From a virus: a stretch of 64,000 nt of DNA. The translations under genes and the position numbers were made by a program. Shown here in pieces: positions 38,792 through 48,603 of this stretch. The stretch spans positions 1 through 64,000 of the IMG/VR virus record IMGVR_UViG_3300021964_007119. One strand, given 5' to 3'. The notes below the pieces were generated by a model. That model saw only the letters and a list, made by a program, of their open reading frames with translations. It made no database searches and was not told the DNA's origin. The first letter of the stretch is position 1. Every line of letters starts with the position of its first letter.

Positions 38792-40267
38792 TTACCACCA
38801 TTGGTTTTCTTTATCATTAAAAGTCGGGTCTTTTAATGAGTGTTCTAATTTTTTACCATTTTCCCCGAGACCACCTGCGTCATCAACTATCTTTTGTATT
38901 TCATCTCGTCTTTCATCAGGTATCCATAGTCTTGTAAATTCTTTTGTTGGGTCATCTAATACACCTTTACTCATACACCACAATCTAATCTTCTCCCAAG
39001 AGTTGCTTAAAAATAAATTTGGGTGTGAGTTGTGAAGTAAGTTTTTCTTATATCCGTTTCCTTGTAAAATATGATACAACCACTCTACACCAGATTTTGT
39101 ATTCTTAACTTGTTTCTTTTTACTATCTAGTGCACTAATTAAATCACCAACCAAGTTTTCTTCAAATTGTTTGTCGTGTTCTGGTAAAGTCCAATCTAAT
39201 GTTTGTCCAACTGATACATTGTCTAACATTTCTTTAAATGATTTTTTATCTTTAAAGTATAAAGGATAATCTTTACCTAATACATGCTCGTGTGTATCGT
39301 GTTTATAAGTTAAACTTGGTCTACCAACTTTAATAGCATCTTGGACTGATAAATTCCAAGTCATATAATCATCTACTAAACATAAACTTGCAAAACATTT
39401 GTCCAATAGATAGCGATAGTTTCCGCCACTTGGTAAGTTCTTAACCATCATCCAATCTGGTGCTGGTGCACCTGCTTTAGGTTTTTTAGCTTCATCATCA
39501 GTTACCCAAACTAACCACTCATCTCTATCTAAATCTTCTGTAAACTTAATTAATTTTTTTATACCGGTTGTGTTGTTCCACCTATGGTTAAATACTAAAA
39601 TCTTTTTATCTGGTAATGGAAATGGTTCTGGGTCAGGTAAATCTCCAACACCTAATGGAAAGTAATTTATTTTTTCTTTCATTACTTCTTCGTCAACACC
39701 TTTTGATGTATGTTTATTTTTATCCCAATTAGATTTCATATAATCTAAACTAACAGGACAATGGAAGTAAGAACGATAAGACAAATCAATGGCTTCTAAT
39801 TGTCTGAAAAATCCAACAGGATAGCCACCAGTTGGTCTACTCTTTGCACAATCAACCCAATGGAAAAAGTTAAATGACTCTACTGACATACCATATCTAC
39901 CAGTTAATAATGCATTATAAACATTGTATAATAATTCTGGTTGATGATTGAACACAAAATCAAAATCTTTTGCTCTCCAATCCGTATGTTTAACTAAATG
40001 TCTTCCGTGAAAGAACCCACGATTAAACAATACTGATTGAGCATAGGGGAATGGAACTAATGTTACATTATCTCCTAAATCTGGTATTGTATGATTTTCA
40101 GGGGTTAATATTGTGTGATGACACATAGGTAGCCATTTAATAGTTTTGGCCATTACCTTATAGTTTGAATCTGCGTGAACGATATGTTTACTACCTTTCC
40201 ACCTGACTGGCGACATTATATGTAGTATTCGTCTTCCGTATAGTTTGTGTGTATAACCTGTTTTCAT
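38792..40267 (-). CDS. GT-B fold glycosyltransferase-like protein
   Basis: FNHQPE; LVFNHR; TWNLSVQDAIKVGRP resembles GT4 donor-binding motif. Confidence 0.65.
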   Translation of the reverse strand: MKTGYTHKLYGRRILHIMSPVRWKGSKHIVHADSNYKVMAKTIKWLPMCHHTILTPENHTIPDLGDNVTLVPFPYAQSVLFNRGFFHGRHLVKHTDWRAKDFDFVFNHQPELLYNVYNALLTGRYGMSVESFNFFHWVDCAKSRPTGGYPVGFFRQLEAIDLSYRSYFHCPVSLDYMKSNWDKNKHTSKGVDEEVMKEKINYFPLGVGDLPDPEPFPLPDKKILVFNHRWNNTTGIKKLIKFTEDLDRDEWLVWVTDDEAKKPKAGAPAPDWMMVKNLPSGGNYRYLLDKCFASLCLVDDYMTWNLSVQDAIKVGRPSLTYKHDTHEHVLGKDYPLYFKDKKSFKEMLDNVSVGQTLDWTLPEHDKQFEENLVGDLISALDSKKKQVKNTKSGVEWLYHILQGNGYKKNLLHNSHPNLFLSNSWEKIRLWCMSKGVLDDPTKEFTRLWIPDERRDEIQKIVDDAGGLGENGKKLEHSLKDPTFNDKENQWW

Positions 40268-40360
40268 AATAAATTTTTAATTGTTAATTATTCTACTAGT
40301 AATAAATATCATTTAACTTTGTCAAAATACAAAATATTTTTTCCAATGTCAAGAACTTTT

Positions 40361-40897
40361 TTAGTTATCAGTAATAAATATAATATCTTCGTTTAAATTT
40401 GCTTTCTTAATCTTAGCATCTGTAAACTTATATGGTTTAGTTCCTGGTGATTCCAAGATATCAATACGATTTACAAATCGTTTATTCATAGTATCTTTAA
40501 CTTGGTAAACTCCGTCCTTTCCGTCTGTTCCACTCAACACAATAAAATCACCATAGTCTAACCAACCACCCCAACGCTTTAAAAGGTTTCTACTAACAGC
40601 AACATATTTGTATTCTGATGCTTTATGTATTGTAATTTTAGTTCCGTCGGCTAATATATTTGGTGTTCTATCAGTTTGACCTCTTACTGGGTGATACATT
40701 GTAACCACAACATCAAGTCCGTCTAATCTATAACCATTTTCTAATTCATCAATTCTTAATTGCAATCTAACTCTATCGTCTTCTAGACTATCAATTGTCT
40801 GTAACCAATATTCACGATATCCTTTAAATAAATCTATCCAGATGTATCCATTGAATATCATAAAGATTGTTAAAAATATAATAAAATATTTTTTCAT
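40361..40897 (-). CDS. 3D-domain (MltA-like) peptidoglycan-active protein with N-terminal TM anchor
   Basis: VTMY...ADG...VAVSR...YQVKDTM...RIDI. Confidence 0.8.
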   Translation of the reverse strand: MKKYFIIFLTIFMIFNGYIWIDLFKGYREYWLQTIDSLEDDRVRLQLRIDELENGYRLDGLDVVVTMYHPVRGQTDRTPNILADGTKITIHKASEYKYVAVSRNLLKRWGGWLDYGDFIVLSGTDGKDGVYQVKDTMNKRFVNRIDILESPGTKPYKFTDAKIKKANLNEDIIFITDN

Positions 40898-40929
40898 AAT
40901 AAACTCCTGTGTTCTTATTATCTTAAATA

Positions 40930-41079
40930 TTAATATATGTCAATTTCGTCATCAGTTTCAAATTCATCATATTCTGACTCACCTTTGATAACTCTTATTG
41001 CTTCTTCTACTAATGACCAATCTTCTCTTTCAATCGCATCATAAAGTAGTTCTAATACTTGTTGTTTGTCAATTTCCAT
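40930..41079 (-). CDS. Small acidic hypothetical protein (49 aa)
   Basis: MEIDKQQVLELLYDAIEREDW...; overlaps def stop. Confidence 0.55.
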   Translation of the reverse strand: MEIDKQQVLELLYDAIEREDWSLVEEAIRVIKGESEYDEFETDDEIDIY

Positions 41080-41662
41080 TTATAACCCAACCTTTCTCCA
41101 AATAAGGAATAGCTTTTTTATACTTCATTGTTAAAGTTTCTTTGTCTTTCGTAATTGTAACTTTTTCGTTTCTACCAATCTTTAATTCGGTTCTACGAAA
41201 ACTTTCTCTTTTAAATTCTCTATCGTAAATAGTCTTACCATTTAAGTGGTCTATCTCGTGTTGAACACAAACTGATTCTAATATTAGTAAATCATTATCA
41301 ACTTGATTATCTTTTTCTGGACCAAATATCATTGTTCCCTCAACATTGTCTGCTTCAACTTCAATTCTCTCGTATCGTTTTGTCGTAACCATTTTGTCCG
41401 GTATAGACAAACAACCTTCTTTATAAATTATTTCTTTTTGTTTTTTAACAATAACGGGATTCAATAAGAAAAAAGGATTCGTAACATCAACAACACAAAC
41501 TGATTTATCTTCTCCGATTTGATTTGCTGATAATCCTAATCCACCCTCTTGTTTTAAGGTTTTAAACATCTCAACCGCTAATTTTTGAGCAGTCTTTAAG
41601 TCTGTTTTCTTTGTTGGTGTAGTTAATATATCATTTGGATATACTACAATTTCTTTTATCAT
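41069..41662 (-). CDS. def: Peptide deformylase
   Basis: GLGLSANQIG, EGCLS, QHEIDHLNG. Confidence 0.96.
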   Translation of the reverse strand: MIKEIVVYPNDILTTPTKKTDLKTAQKLAVEMFKTLKQEGGLGLSANQIGEDKSVCVVDVTNPFFLLNPVIVKKQKEIIYKEGCLSIPDKMVTTKRYERIEVEADNVEGTMIFGPEKDNQVDNDLLILESVCVQHEIDHLNGKTIYDREFKRESFRRTELKIGRNEKVTITKDKETLTMKYKKAIPYLEKGWVINGN

Positions 41663-41669
41663 ATAACCT

Positions 41670-41894
41670 CTATTTAAATTTCTTTACTATTTTCTTGGCT
41701 TTTTCTAATTGTTCTTTATTCAATTCAATGTCCCAGGCAATATCATCACCCTCTCTCATATAAACAGCCGGTTTGAACTTTCTATCTCTTTTAAGTTTTA
41801 AAGTATCTCTAATTTCTTTATAGATTTCCCAACTAGGTATATGCATTTTCCATTGACCTTCTCCAATACTCCAAGTTTTTATTTTACTTTTCAT
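41670..41894 (-). CDS. Hypothetical protein
   Basis: Co-oriented ORF. Confidence 0.55.
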   Translation of the reverse strand: MKSKIKTWSIGEGQWKMHIPSWEIYKEIRDTLKLKRDRKFKPAVYMREGDDIAWDIELNKEQLEKAKKIVKKFK

Positions 41895-42813
41895 AACTTT
41901 CCTTTATAAATGGTTGTATCGCTAATTCCTTGTGTTTAGCCTCCACCATTACATCTACCTCTTTTCCATAAGTATTAGGAAGTTCATTTATTATGTCAGA
42001 ATGTGCTTGTGGTTTAATTGACTCATCTAATTGATGTTCTGCTTTTGATTCTGAATAATGAACTACTGGAACAATATCTTTTGGCCAAGTTGATAGAGCC
42101 ATTTCTAAGGCTTCTTGTTCTGTTTGTCCACCTGTATTAAACTTAAAGTGGTGGTAATCAAACACAATAGGAATACCAATTCTTTTGTGAATACCCTCGT
42201 ATAAATCTTTTACTGAATACATAGAAGCTTTGTCGTCATTTTCGACGGTAAGTCTTGTTTGAACTGACTCTGGTAGTTGTTCAAAATTTTTACAAAATCT
42301 ATCTAATGCTGACTCCTTATCACCATATACCCCGTTACAATGTATATTGAGTTTGTTGTATGGTGTTCTTGATAAACCCATAAAGTCAAATATGTCTGCG
42401 TGGATAGTCAAATCTGTGATTGTGTTCTGAACTACATTTTCATTTGGTGATACCAATACATTGAAAGGCCCCGGGTGTGAAGTTAGTCTATGTCCATACT
42501 TTGTTGCTAAATCTCCACAATCTTGTAGTATGTTTTTAATCTTATCAATGTTTGGAAAGTTATTCCAATCTTGGTAATACTCAGAAGCCCAAGGAAACAT
42601 TTCTGATGATAAACGAAAGAACTTAATATTGTTTTGTTCGTTCCACTCTATAATAGAATATAAGTCTGTTACATTTTTTAGAACTAATTCTGATGTATAG
42701 TCCAAACCTTTCTCTTGGAAAGTTCTTTTAATCATTGTTCTATTCGTGGTAATTCTATCATCACCCTTACGAGAACTTAATTCTGTGTTGATACATGCGT
42801 AACCTAAATTCAT
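41884..42813 (-). CDS. uvsE: UV-damage endonuclease (UVDE)
   Basis: LGYACIN, FRLSS, HPGPF, ENDD, DYHH, HYSES, AHSD, EAKHKE. Confidence 0.95.
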   Translation of the reverse strand: MNLGYACINTELSSRKGDDRITTNRTMIKRTFQEKGLDYTSELVLKNVTDLYSIIEWNEQNNIKFFRLSSEMFPWASEYYQDWNNFPNIDKIKNILQDCGDLATKYGHRLTSHPGPFNVLVSPNENVVQNTITDLTIHADIFDFMGLSRTPYNKLNIHCNGVYGDKESALDRFCKNFEQLPESVQTRLTVENDDKASMYSVKDLYEGIHKRIGIPIVFDYHHFKFNTGGQTEQEALEMALSTWPKDIVPVVHYSESKAEHQLDESIKPQAHSDIINELPNTYGKEVDVMVEAKHKELAIQPFIKESYEK

Positions 42814-42819
42814 ACTTAT

Positions 42820-42858
42820 AATATAACCTATTTATTTTCGTTTGTCAAGAGCTTTTTT
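42820..42858 (-). promoter_or_regulatory. Sigma70-type promoter giving leaderless uvsE mRNA
   Basis: AAAAAAGCTC-TTGACA-N17-TATATT-N6-ATG. Confidence 0.85.
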
Positions 42859-43065
42859 AAAACTTTTTTCAATCCAATAAATAACTACCATAACTTGTTC
42901 TTCTAATAGTGTTCCTAAAAACCAACTTAATGCTGGAAATACTATTAAAAAAGGTATCCACCAAAAGAAATATGCTATTAAATATATAACATATAAAACT
43001 AATAGTGTTGGTAGAAATCCAATTGTTATAAATTTAAAGTCTTCTTGTTTCAATTTTAATTTCAT
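42832..43065 (-). CDS. Small membrane protein
   Basis: Two hydrophobic segments. Confidence 0.55.
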   Translation of the reverse strand: MKLKLKQEDFKFITIGFLPTLLVLYVIYLIAYFFWWIPFLIVFPALSWFLGTLLEEQVMVVIYWIEKSFKKALDKRK

Positions 43066-43066
43066 A

Positions 43067-43630
43067 CTATCCTACTTCTATAATGTTTTTAATTTCTAAC
43101 AAATGATTAATTCTGTATTTAGAATCTACATCTTTATTATACTCTCTATTAAATACAATAAAGTTATCTTTGTCTTCTCTGTTTTCAACCCAATGTTTGT
43201 GATTGACGGGTGAATCATCAATTAAATAATCTATATCGTGTATCCATTTAAATCTACTTTTCTCAAATATAACTTGATTTGGATTTAAACCATACTTACC
43301 TAACCAAGTTAAAGTGTGATGAAAGTTTCCTTTGAATTGAGATGTTACGATAATTAACTCGTGTCCGTTTTGTTCTGCCCATTTTTCAAGTGTCCAAAAG
43401 GCCGGAACTACTTCTGGAAAAGGAAGTGCTTCTTCAAAACATTCTCTTGAAAATTTATGTTTGTAAATTTCTTTTAGTTCATCTCTTGTTAATCCGGTTA
43501 TATCGTTTTCAAATTTCCAAGACGATATAATTTCCGGGAACACAACATCAGGGTGTTCTTGTCCAACAACCTTTTTAAAAGCTGCTATGAAGTCTCTTAA
43601 CACTCCGTCTACATCAATTCCTATTCTCAT
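43067..43630 (-). CDS. HAD-family 5'(3')-deoxyribonucleotidase (NT5C-like)
   Basis: IGIDVDGVL, IVTS, LIDDSP. Confidence 0.85.
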   Translation of the reverse strand: MRIGIDVDGVLRDFIAAFKKVVGQEHPDVVFPEIISSWKFENDITGLTRDELKEIYKHKFSRECFEEALPFPEVVPAFWTLEKWAEQNGHELIIVTSQFKGNFHHTLTWLGKYGLNPNQVIFEKSRFKWIHDIDYLIDDSPVNHKHWVENREDKDNFIVFNREYNKDVDSKYRINHLLEIKNIIEVG

Positions 43631-43854
43631 TATCTCTCTCCGTATAAGTCAAATGTTTCTATTACTGGTTCAACTTCTACCCCGTCATCAATCATTATCA
43701 CACCTTTTTTAGCATCAATGTGAAAATCTGATACCTTGTATTGTAAATAAATTGAATTAAGTGCTTCTGTTAAAGATGTAAACAATACATCTGAACCCTC
43801 TACTTTCCACCTATCTCCTGGTGGTTGTCTAAATGCTATCTCTTTGTCTGCCAT
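43630..43854 (-). CDS. Hypothetical protein
   Basis: GGAG RBS; PPGDRW motif. Confidence 0.6.
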   Translation of the reverse strand: MADKEIAFRQPPGDRWKVEGSDVLFTSLTEALNSIYLQYKVSDFHIDAKKGVIMIDDGVEVEPVIETFDLYGER

Positions 43855-43858
43855 AATC

Positions 43859-44209
43859 TTACTCCACTAAGTTTGTTACTTGAATTAATATAATTGCTAT
43901 TGCTAATATAATACATATAAAAGTTTTTAGTGTTGGTATTTCATCTAACATAGTCCAACTCATAATACCAAACACAATTGTTCCTACTCCGAATCCTATC
44001 ATACGCATATTCCAAGTGAAACCAAAATACTCATAACATAATTTTGTTGCTATAAAAAAAGCATATCCAACTGGTATCCCGAATATTGACATATAATATG
44101 GATTGTTCCAAAATGCACTTTCAGTCCATTTGAATTGTGCGTTTAATTGATACCACGCTAAAATATTACTTATAATTAATATTACGATTGTTAAAAAAAG
44201 CTTGTTCAT
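43859..44209 (-). CDS. Four-TM membrane protein (SMR/DMT-like topology)
   Basis: Four hydrophobic helices in 116 aa. Confidence 0.6.
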   Translation of the reverse strand: MNKLFLTIVILIISNILAWYQLNAQFKWTESAFWNNPYYMSIFGIPVGYAFFIATKLCYEYFGFTWNMRMIGFGVGTIVFGIMSWTMLDEIPTLKTFICIILAIAIILIQVTNLVE

Positions 44210-44269
44210 TTATTTTTTTTCCCGATATTTACCTTTGGTAATAACAAAAAGGAAGAATGATATACCTCG

Positions 44270-45169
44270 TCAACTACCAATTTTTTTCACCACATAATTT
44301 ACTATTTTTTCCCCAACATTTACTTTCGTAAACTTTTCCATACCTTCAAACCCTGGTGCAGAATTTACTTCACAAATTGTATAAGTTCCTTCATTGAATA
44401 ATAAGTCTACTCCTGCAATATCTAAGTTTAATAATCTAGAACACTCACCTGCTATCCACTCGATATCTTCATCAACTTGATAAGGAATCGCTTCTCCACC
44501 ACGAGTTAAGTTTGCTCTAAAATCTCCGTCAACTGATTGTCTCATCATACAACCTACGACTTTTCCGTTTACTACTAATACTCTTAAATCTTTTCCGTAA
44601 GAATCCTGAATAAACTCTTGTAAAATAATATTATAACTTGGTTTGGTTAGTTCTGCCATTTTCATCAGTTGTCTAAATTGTTTTCTGTCCTCAACTAGAA
44701 ATACTCCACTACCATATGAACCACTTAAAGTTTTTACTATCATTGGATATTTTAAATTCTTTTCAACTAGTTCCAGATTAATAGGGTGTTTTACCAACAT
44801 AGTTTTTGGAACTGGTAAATTTGATTGTCCAAGAATTTGTTGTGAATATAATTTATCTTTAACATTATCTATAGCATCACTTCCGTTAATCATCACAACA
44901 CCTAGTCTTTCCATATGTCTAATAATGGCTTTAATAAAGTAAGTTGTTCCAGAACCTGTTCTTGGAAATACAAAGTCAGGTAATTTTCTTGGTTTACCAT
45001 CAACGATAATAGATTTTCTATCATCTCTGTCTACAAAGATATCTACATCTTGTGGATTAACTACACGAATATCTACTCCTTGTTTTTCAAATTCATCTAC
45101 AAGTCTTTTGACTTCGTGGTTCTCACCCAATTCTTTTTTATGTATTATCCAACCTGTTAAATTCGCCAT
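44270..45169 (-). CDS. rimK: RimK-family ATP-grasp ligase
   Basis: KDKLYSQQIL, PVPKT, GSYGSGV, QEFI, DLRVLVV, FRANLTRGG, AGVDLL, EVNSAPGFEG. Confidence 0.9.
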   Translation of the reverse strand: MANLTGWIIHKKELGENHEVKRLVDEFEKQGVDIRVVNPQDVDIFVDRDDRKSIIVDGKPRKLPDFVFPRTGSGTTYFIKAIIRHMERLGVVMINGSDAIDNVKDKLYSQQILGQSNLPVPKTMLVKHPINLELVEKNLKYPMIVKTLSGSYGSGVFLVEDRKQFRQLMKMAELTKPSYNIILQEFIQDSYGKDLRVLVVNGKVVGCMMRQSVDGDFRANLTRGGEAIPYQVDEDIEWIAGECSRLLNLDIAGVDLLFNEGTYTICEVNSAPGFEGMEKFTKVNVGEKIVNYVVKKIGS

Positions 45170-45372
45170 AATCTATCTTCCTCTGATTTGTCAGGATTTG
45201 TATCTTCTGGTTTTAATTCTTTGATGTATTGTATTAGTTCTACATAATCACTATCACTTACAACTTCAGATAGGTGTTCTACATATTTTAAAGCATTATC
45301 TTTACCACCATTCTGATACTCGTGTAGTGCCTTTCTTTTAAACCAATCTATACTTAACCAACTCTTGTTCAT
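45157..45372 (-). CDS. Hypothetical protein
   Basis: Coupled ORF. Confidence 0.55.
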   Translation of the reverse strand: MNKSWLSIDWFKRKALHEYQNGGKDNALKYVEHLSEVVSDSDYVELIQYIKELKPEDTNPDKSEEDRLWRI

Positions 45373-45752
45373 TTATTTTCTGTTTCCCATTCTTCCCCGA
45401 AGTGTCCTATCGGTACTCGTATCTCATCTTCTACATCATACTTTCTTGTTACATAATATAATAATATAGAGCCTGGTTCTAATGCTTTATATCCGTGATA
45501 AATACTTGGTGTTATCTCTAATACTCTTGGATTTTTGTCTGAAAGATATTCAAACTTACAACCATCTTCTTCTGTTGCTAATCCTACTTTAAATGAACCT
45601 TTTATACATACCCAATAATCTGTTTGTAGATTATGTTTATGCCATGCTACAATATGACTCGTATTATTTACATACGAAACATTTACTTGTCCTGGTAAAG
45701 TATCAAAGACATCTAATAGTCTTTGTGCTCTATCATCTTCATTATACATCAT
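45369..45752 (-). CDS. Cupin, dTDP-sugar 3,5-epimerase/isomerase-like
   Basis: AWHKH..QTD, YHGYKAL, LLYYVT..Y...DE. Confidence 0.75.
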   Translation of the reverse strand: MMYNEDDRAQRLLDVFDTLPGQVNVSYVNNTSHIVAWHKHNLQTDYWVCIKGSFKVGLATEEDGCKFEYLSDKNPRVLEITPSIYHGYKALEPGSILLYYVTRKYDVEDEIRVPIGHFGEEWETENK

Positions 45753-46246
45753 TTTAATACCAACTTTCTTTGTTTTCTATTTAACATATGTATTGTGGTT
45801 AAGTAGTTTACACAATTTTGTTTCGTTGTTAAATTAATTTTATTTGTTTTAAATAACTCGGATAAAAATTCTAATGATTTATCATAACCACTTTGTTTAT
45901 AAGTATCTCTACACTTTACAAAAACATCAGAAAACTTTTTATGGTTATATCTTACAACCTTTGATTGTTTTTTTGTTTTTGGTTGTGGTATAGGTTCTGA
46001 CATTTTCCACTCGCGAGCTTTTGGTGCATTAATCTTACCACCAACTTTAACTGCTCGTCTATCTAATCTGTCTAAATTCTTTTTTGTTTCTGACGATACT
46101 GGTTGTATAAATGCTCCAGTCTTGTGTGGATATACAATATGTGCTGAATAAGCTTCTACTGATGAACACTCAACACATTCACGATACCCAAGATGAACTC
46201 TTTCATCAGGTATTTTAGTATCACATTTTATGCACTTATCAATCAC
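45749..46246 (-). CDS. Protein with TraR/DksA-like C4 zinc finger
   Basis: CIKC..KIPDER....YRECVEC. Confidence 0.6.
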   Translation of the reverse strand: MIDKCIKCDTKIPDERVHLGYRECVECSSVEAYSAHIVYPHKTGAFIQPVSSETKKNLDRLDRRAVKVGGKINAPKAREWKMSEPIPQPKTKKQSKVVRYNHKKFSDVFVKCRDTYKQSGYDKSLEFLSELFKTNKINLTTKQNCVNYLTTIHMLNRKQRKLVLK

Positions 46247-46676
46247 ATTTAGTCCATTTGTTATTTATCTTTTTAAATTTTGTAACTCGTTCTGTTAATG
46301 GAACAATTAGAAAATTACAATATTCTGGTTTCCAACCATTACAATCTCTGTATTCAACATCATATTTATTTATCCAAGTTCTCATTTTTTTATCAGATAC
46401 AGCAATACATTTTGTTTTTTGTTTATTAAACAAAACATAATGACAAGGTTTTTTTCTTTTCCAATATCTTAATTTTCTATCTTCAATTCTCCACTCGGTT
46501 CTTCTGTTATCCTGGATAGTAGTAAATGCTACTTCAACATCATAAGAAGTAGAAACCAAGTCCACATCTTTTACTGGTCCATTTACTAACCTATCATTAG
46601 AACCCATATCTTTCCATAGTCGTTTAGTTTCTTCACGATATGGTTTGTCATTGTATGTTACATCTTTATGTTTCAT
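46239..46676 (-). CDS. Hypothetical protein (possible PD-(D/E)xK fold)
   Basis: ATG at 46676 just after tRNA-Lys; VDLV...DVEV pattern. Confidence 0.55.
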   Translation of the reverse strand: MKHKDVTYNDKPYREETKRLWKDMGSNDRLVNGPVKDVDLVSTSYDVEVAFTTIQDNRRTEWRIEDRKLRYWKRKKPCHYVLFNKQKTKCIAVSDKKMRTWINKYDVEYRDCNGWKPEYCNFLIVPLTERVTKFKKINNKWTKCD

Positions 46677-46678
46677 AG

Positions 46679-46752
46679 TGGGAGCACAAGGACTCGAACC
46701 TTGAACCAAGAGCTTAAAAGGCTCCTGCTCTACCAAATTGAGCTATACTCCC
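46679..46752 (-). tRNA. tRNA-Lys(UUU)
   Basis: GGGAGTA/TGCTCCC acceptor, anticodon loop CT-TTT-AA, GGTTCGAGTCC; no encoded CCA. Confidence 0.95.
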
Positions 46753-46764
46753 GTATACAACATT

Positions 46765-46801
46765 AATATACAAAATTAATTGTCGTATGTCAAGAGTTTT
46801 T
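46765..46801 (-). promoter_or_regulatory. Sigma70-type promoter of tRNA-Lys
   Basis: TTGACA-N17-TATATT. Confidence 0.8.
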
Positions 46802-48603
46802 TATAATATTTGTTTATTATTAAGTTCTTGATACTTTTTATTTCTTGTTTCGCGAACAACATTATCATCTTTATGTATAACCTTCATATATTCAGAAAGT
46901 CTTAAAACTCCCATTCTTAAATTATGGTGTTGACTCATAGCTCTACAATTCGTATCAAAGTCAAATACATCACCAAGACCTTCTTCTTGAAAAGCTTTAT
47001 TTCTTTCTTCATCAGTCATACGACTTAATTCCATATCTGAAATTATATGTCCACCAACTGGTGTTGATAGTAATTTGTTTCCGTCAATATCGTAGTGGTT
47101 GTTATCTTCCAAAGAATCTAATATGACTTCTCTACTAAATGTTCTATTTAATCCTGTTGGATTTGGAACTATACCTATTGTTTTTAAATACTCATCTTTG
47201 TAAAGACCTTTTAGAAACTCTTTCTTAATTTCATTGTAAACTAGTTTCATTTGACCTTGACCACTATTACGAGTATTTAATCCAAACTTTGTTAAAGACC
47301 CCTCATTATCAACGGCTCTATTTCTATAAAACTCATTGAAACAACTCACAAAAGTTACTGGGTCATTAATAGTAAATTGTGTATCTTCAATATCTCTATT
47401 CATTAATAACAATTGTAAAAGATATTGTCTTTTAGGAAAAGGTTCTGACTCCTTAGTAGTTCTTAATGAAGAAATCATATCATATAAAAAATCTAATTGG
47501 GTTTCAATTTCATCAAAGAAATTTATATCATCAGATTTATTATCAAATGCATTTCTATTGTTGTATTGTTCGATTAATTTAAAATCACTAAGGTCTACGG
47601 CTTTTTTATTAGAGTCAACAAAACAACCCACCATAGTTGAAACAGCTAAAGATTGTAATTTAACTCTTTCTTTTTCTGACATCAACTCATATAGTGGATG
47701 ATAGTTTGATTCCATAGCTCGAAACTCAACATACTTTGGTGATGACATTCTTAATATCTTCTTCATAAAATTACTTGTTTCTGCATGAAACATTTGTAAA
47801 TCAGATTTTGGTGAATGAACATTGACTTCTTTAAAGTAGTTCTTTGTTTCTTCTGGACTATAAAATGGAAGTATTGTAAAATTAAATTTATTACCATACC
47901 AGTAATCATTTAATACTTCATCTTTTGTTATTGAAACTCCTTTTGATTCGGCTTCTTTTATGATGTCTTCTAAATACATTCTGTTAACTTTGAATCCTCT
48001 AACGGATTCTTTATTTTGTTCGTCCCATTCTTCTGGTAATTGTTCATTATAATACCAAAGATTTTGTTTAGCATCAACTTGAACTAAACCTAGTGGAAAA
48101 CCAATTAGTCCCCATAGACGATGTTCAACATCACAAGGTTCTAACACAACTTTACCATTGTTGTATCTTGTCATATTAAATGTTCCAGAACTAATCCATT
48201 GAGAATCACTTTTTATTCTTTTATTGTCTTTGTTATACCTGATTGTCCAACCCCAATGTCTTCCAGCGTGTTCACAAGCACTTCTATGGTTTGGTGCTGT
48301 ATAAACCTTTGGGTCTTGACCGGTTTCTGGTTGAGAAAATAATTCTCCATTTATATATTTGTCAACTAATGGTTTTGGTGAACTTGAAAACTGGTATGAA
48401 CCATATGATTCGTGTGGTTTTAAATTCTTCACATCAACATCAAATATCAATCCAATATTTTTTATAATTTGTTCTGTATTAAATGATTGTTTTAAAGATG
48501 GATAATTTTTAAGATATTTTCCATATTCATCTTCTGTTAACCAGTCTGGTGCTGATTGTTTGATTAGTTTGTTGAGTATCTCTCTCTTTTCTTTTTTAGT
48601 CAT
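46801..48603 (-). CDS. Divergent GmrSD-like (DUF262 + HNH-like) protein
   Basis: CDVEHRL resembles DGQQRL; YFKEVN; C-terminal GGHIIS...NCRAM...HNLRMG. Confidence 0.5.
   Translation of the reverse strand: MTKKEKREILNKLIKQSAPDWLTEDEYGKYLKNYPSLKQSFNTEQIIKNIGLIFDVDVKNLKPHESYGSYQFSSSPKPLVDKYINGELFSQPETGQDPKVYTAPNHRSACEHAGRHWGWTIRYNKDNKRIKSDSQWISSGTFNMTRYNNGKVVLEPCDVEHRLWGLIGFPLGLVQVDAKQNLWYYNEQLPEEWDEQNKESVRGFKVNRMYLEDIIKEAESKGVSITKDEVLNDYWYGNKFNFTILPFYSPEETKNYFKEVNVHSPKSDLQMFHAETSNFMKKILRMSSPKYVEFRAMESNYHPLYELMSEKERVKLQSLAVSTMVGCFVDSNKKAVDLSDFKLIEQYNNRNAFDNKSDDINFFDEIETQLDFLYDMISSLRTTKESEPFPKRQYLLQLLLMNRDIEDTQFTINDPVTFVSCFNEFYRNRAVDNEGSLTKFGLNTRNSGQGQMKLVYNEIKKEFLKGLYKDEYLKTIGIVPNPTGLNRTFSREVILDSLEDNNHYDIDGNKLLSTPVGGHIISDMELSRMTDEERNKAFQEEGLGDVFDFDTNCRAMSQHHNLRMGVLRLSEYMKVIHKDDNVVRETRNKKYQELNNKQIL

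Noticed and set aside
46677-46736. N-terminal extension of ORF 46239-46736
   Set aside because: Lies inside tRNA-Lys; ATG at 46676 preferred
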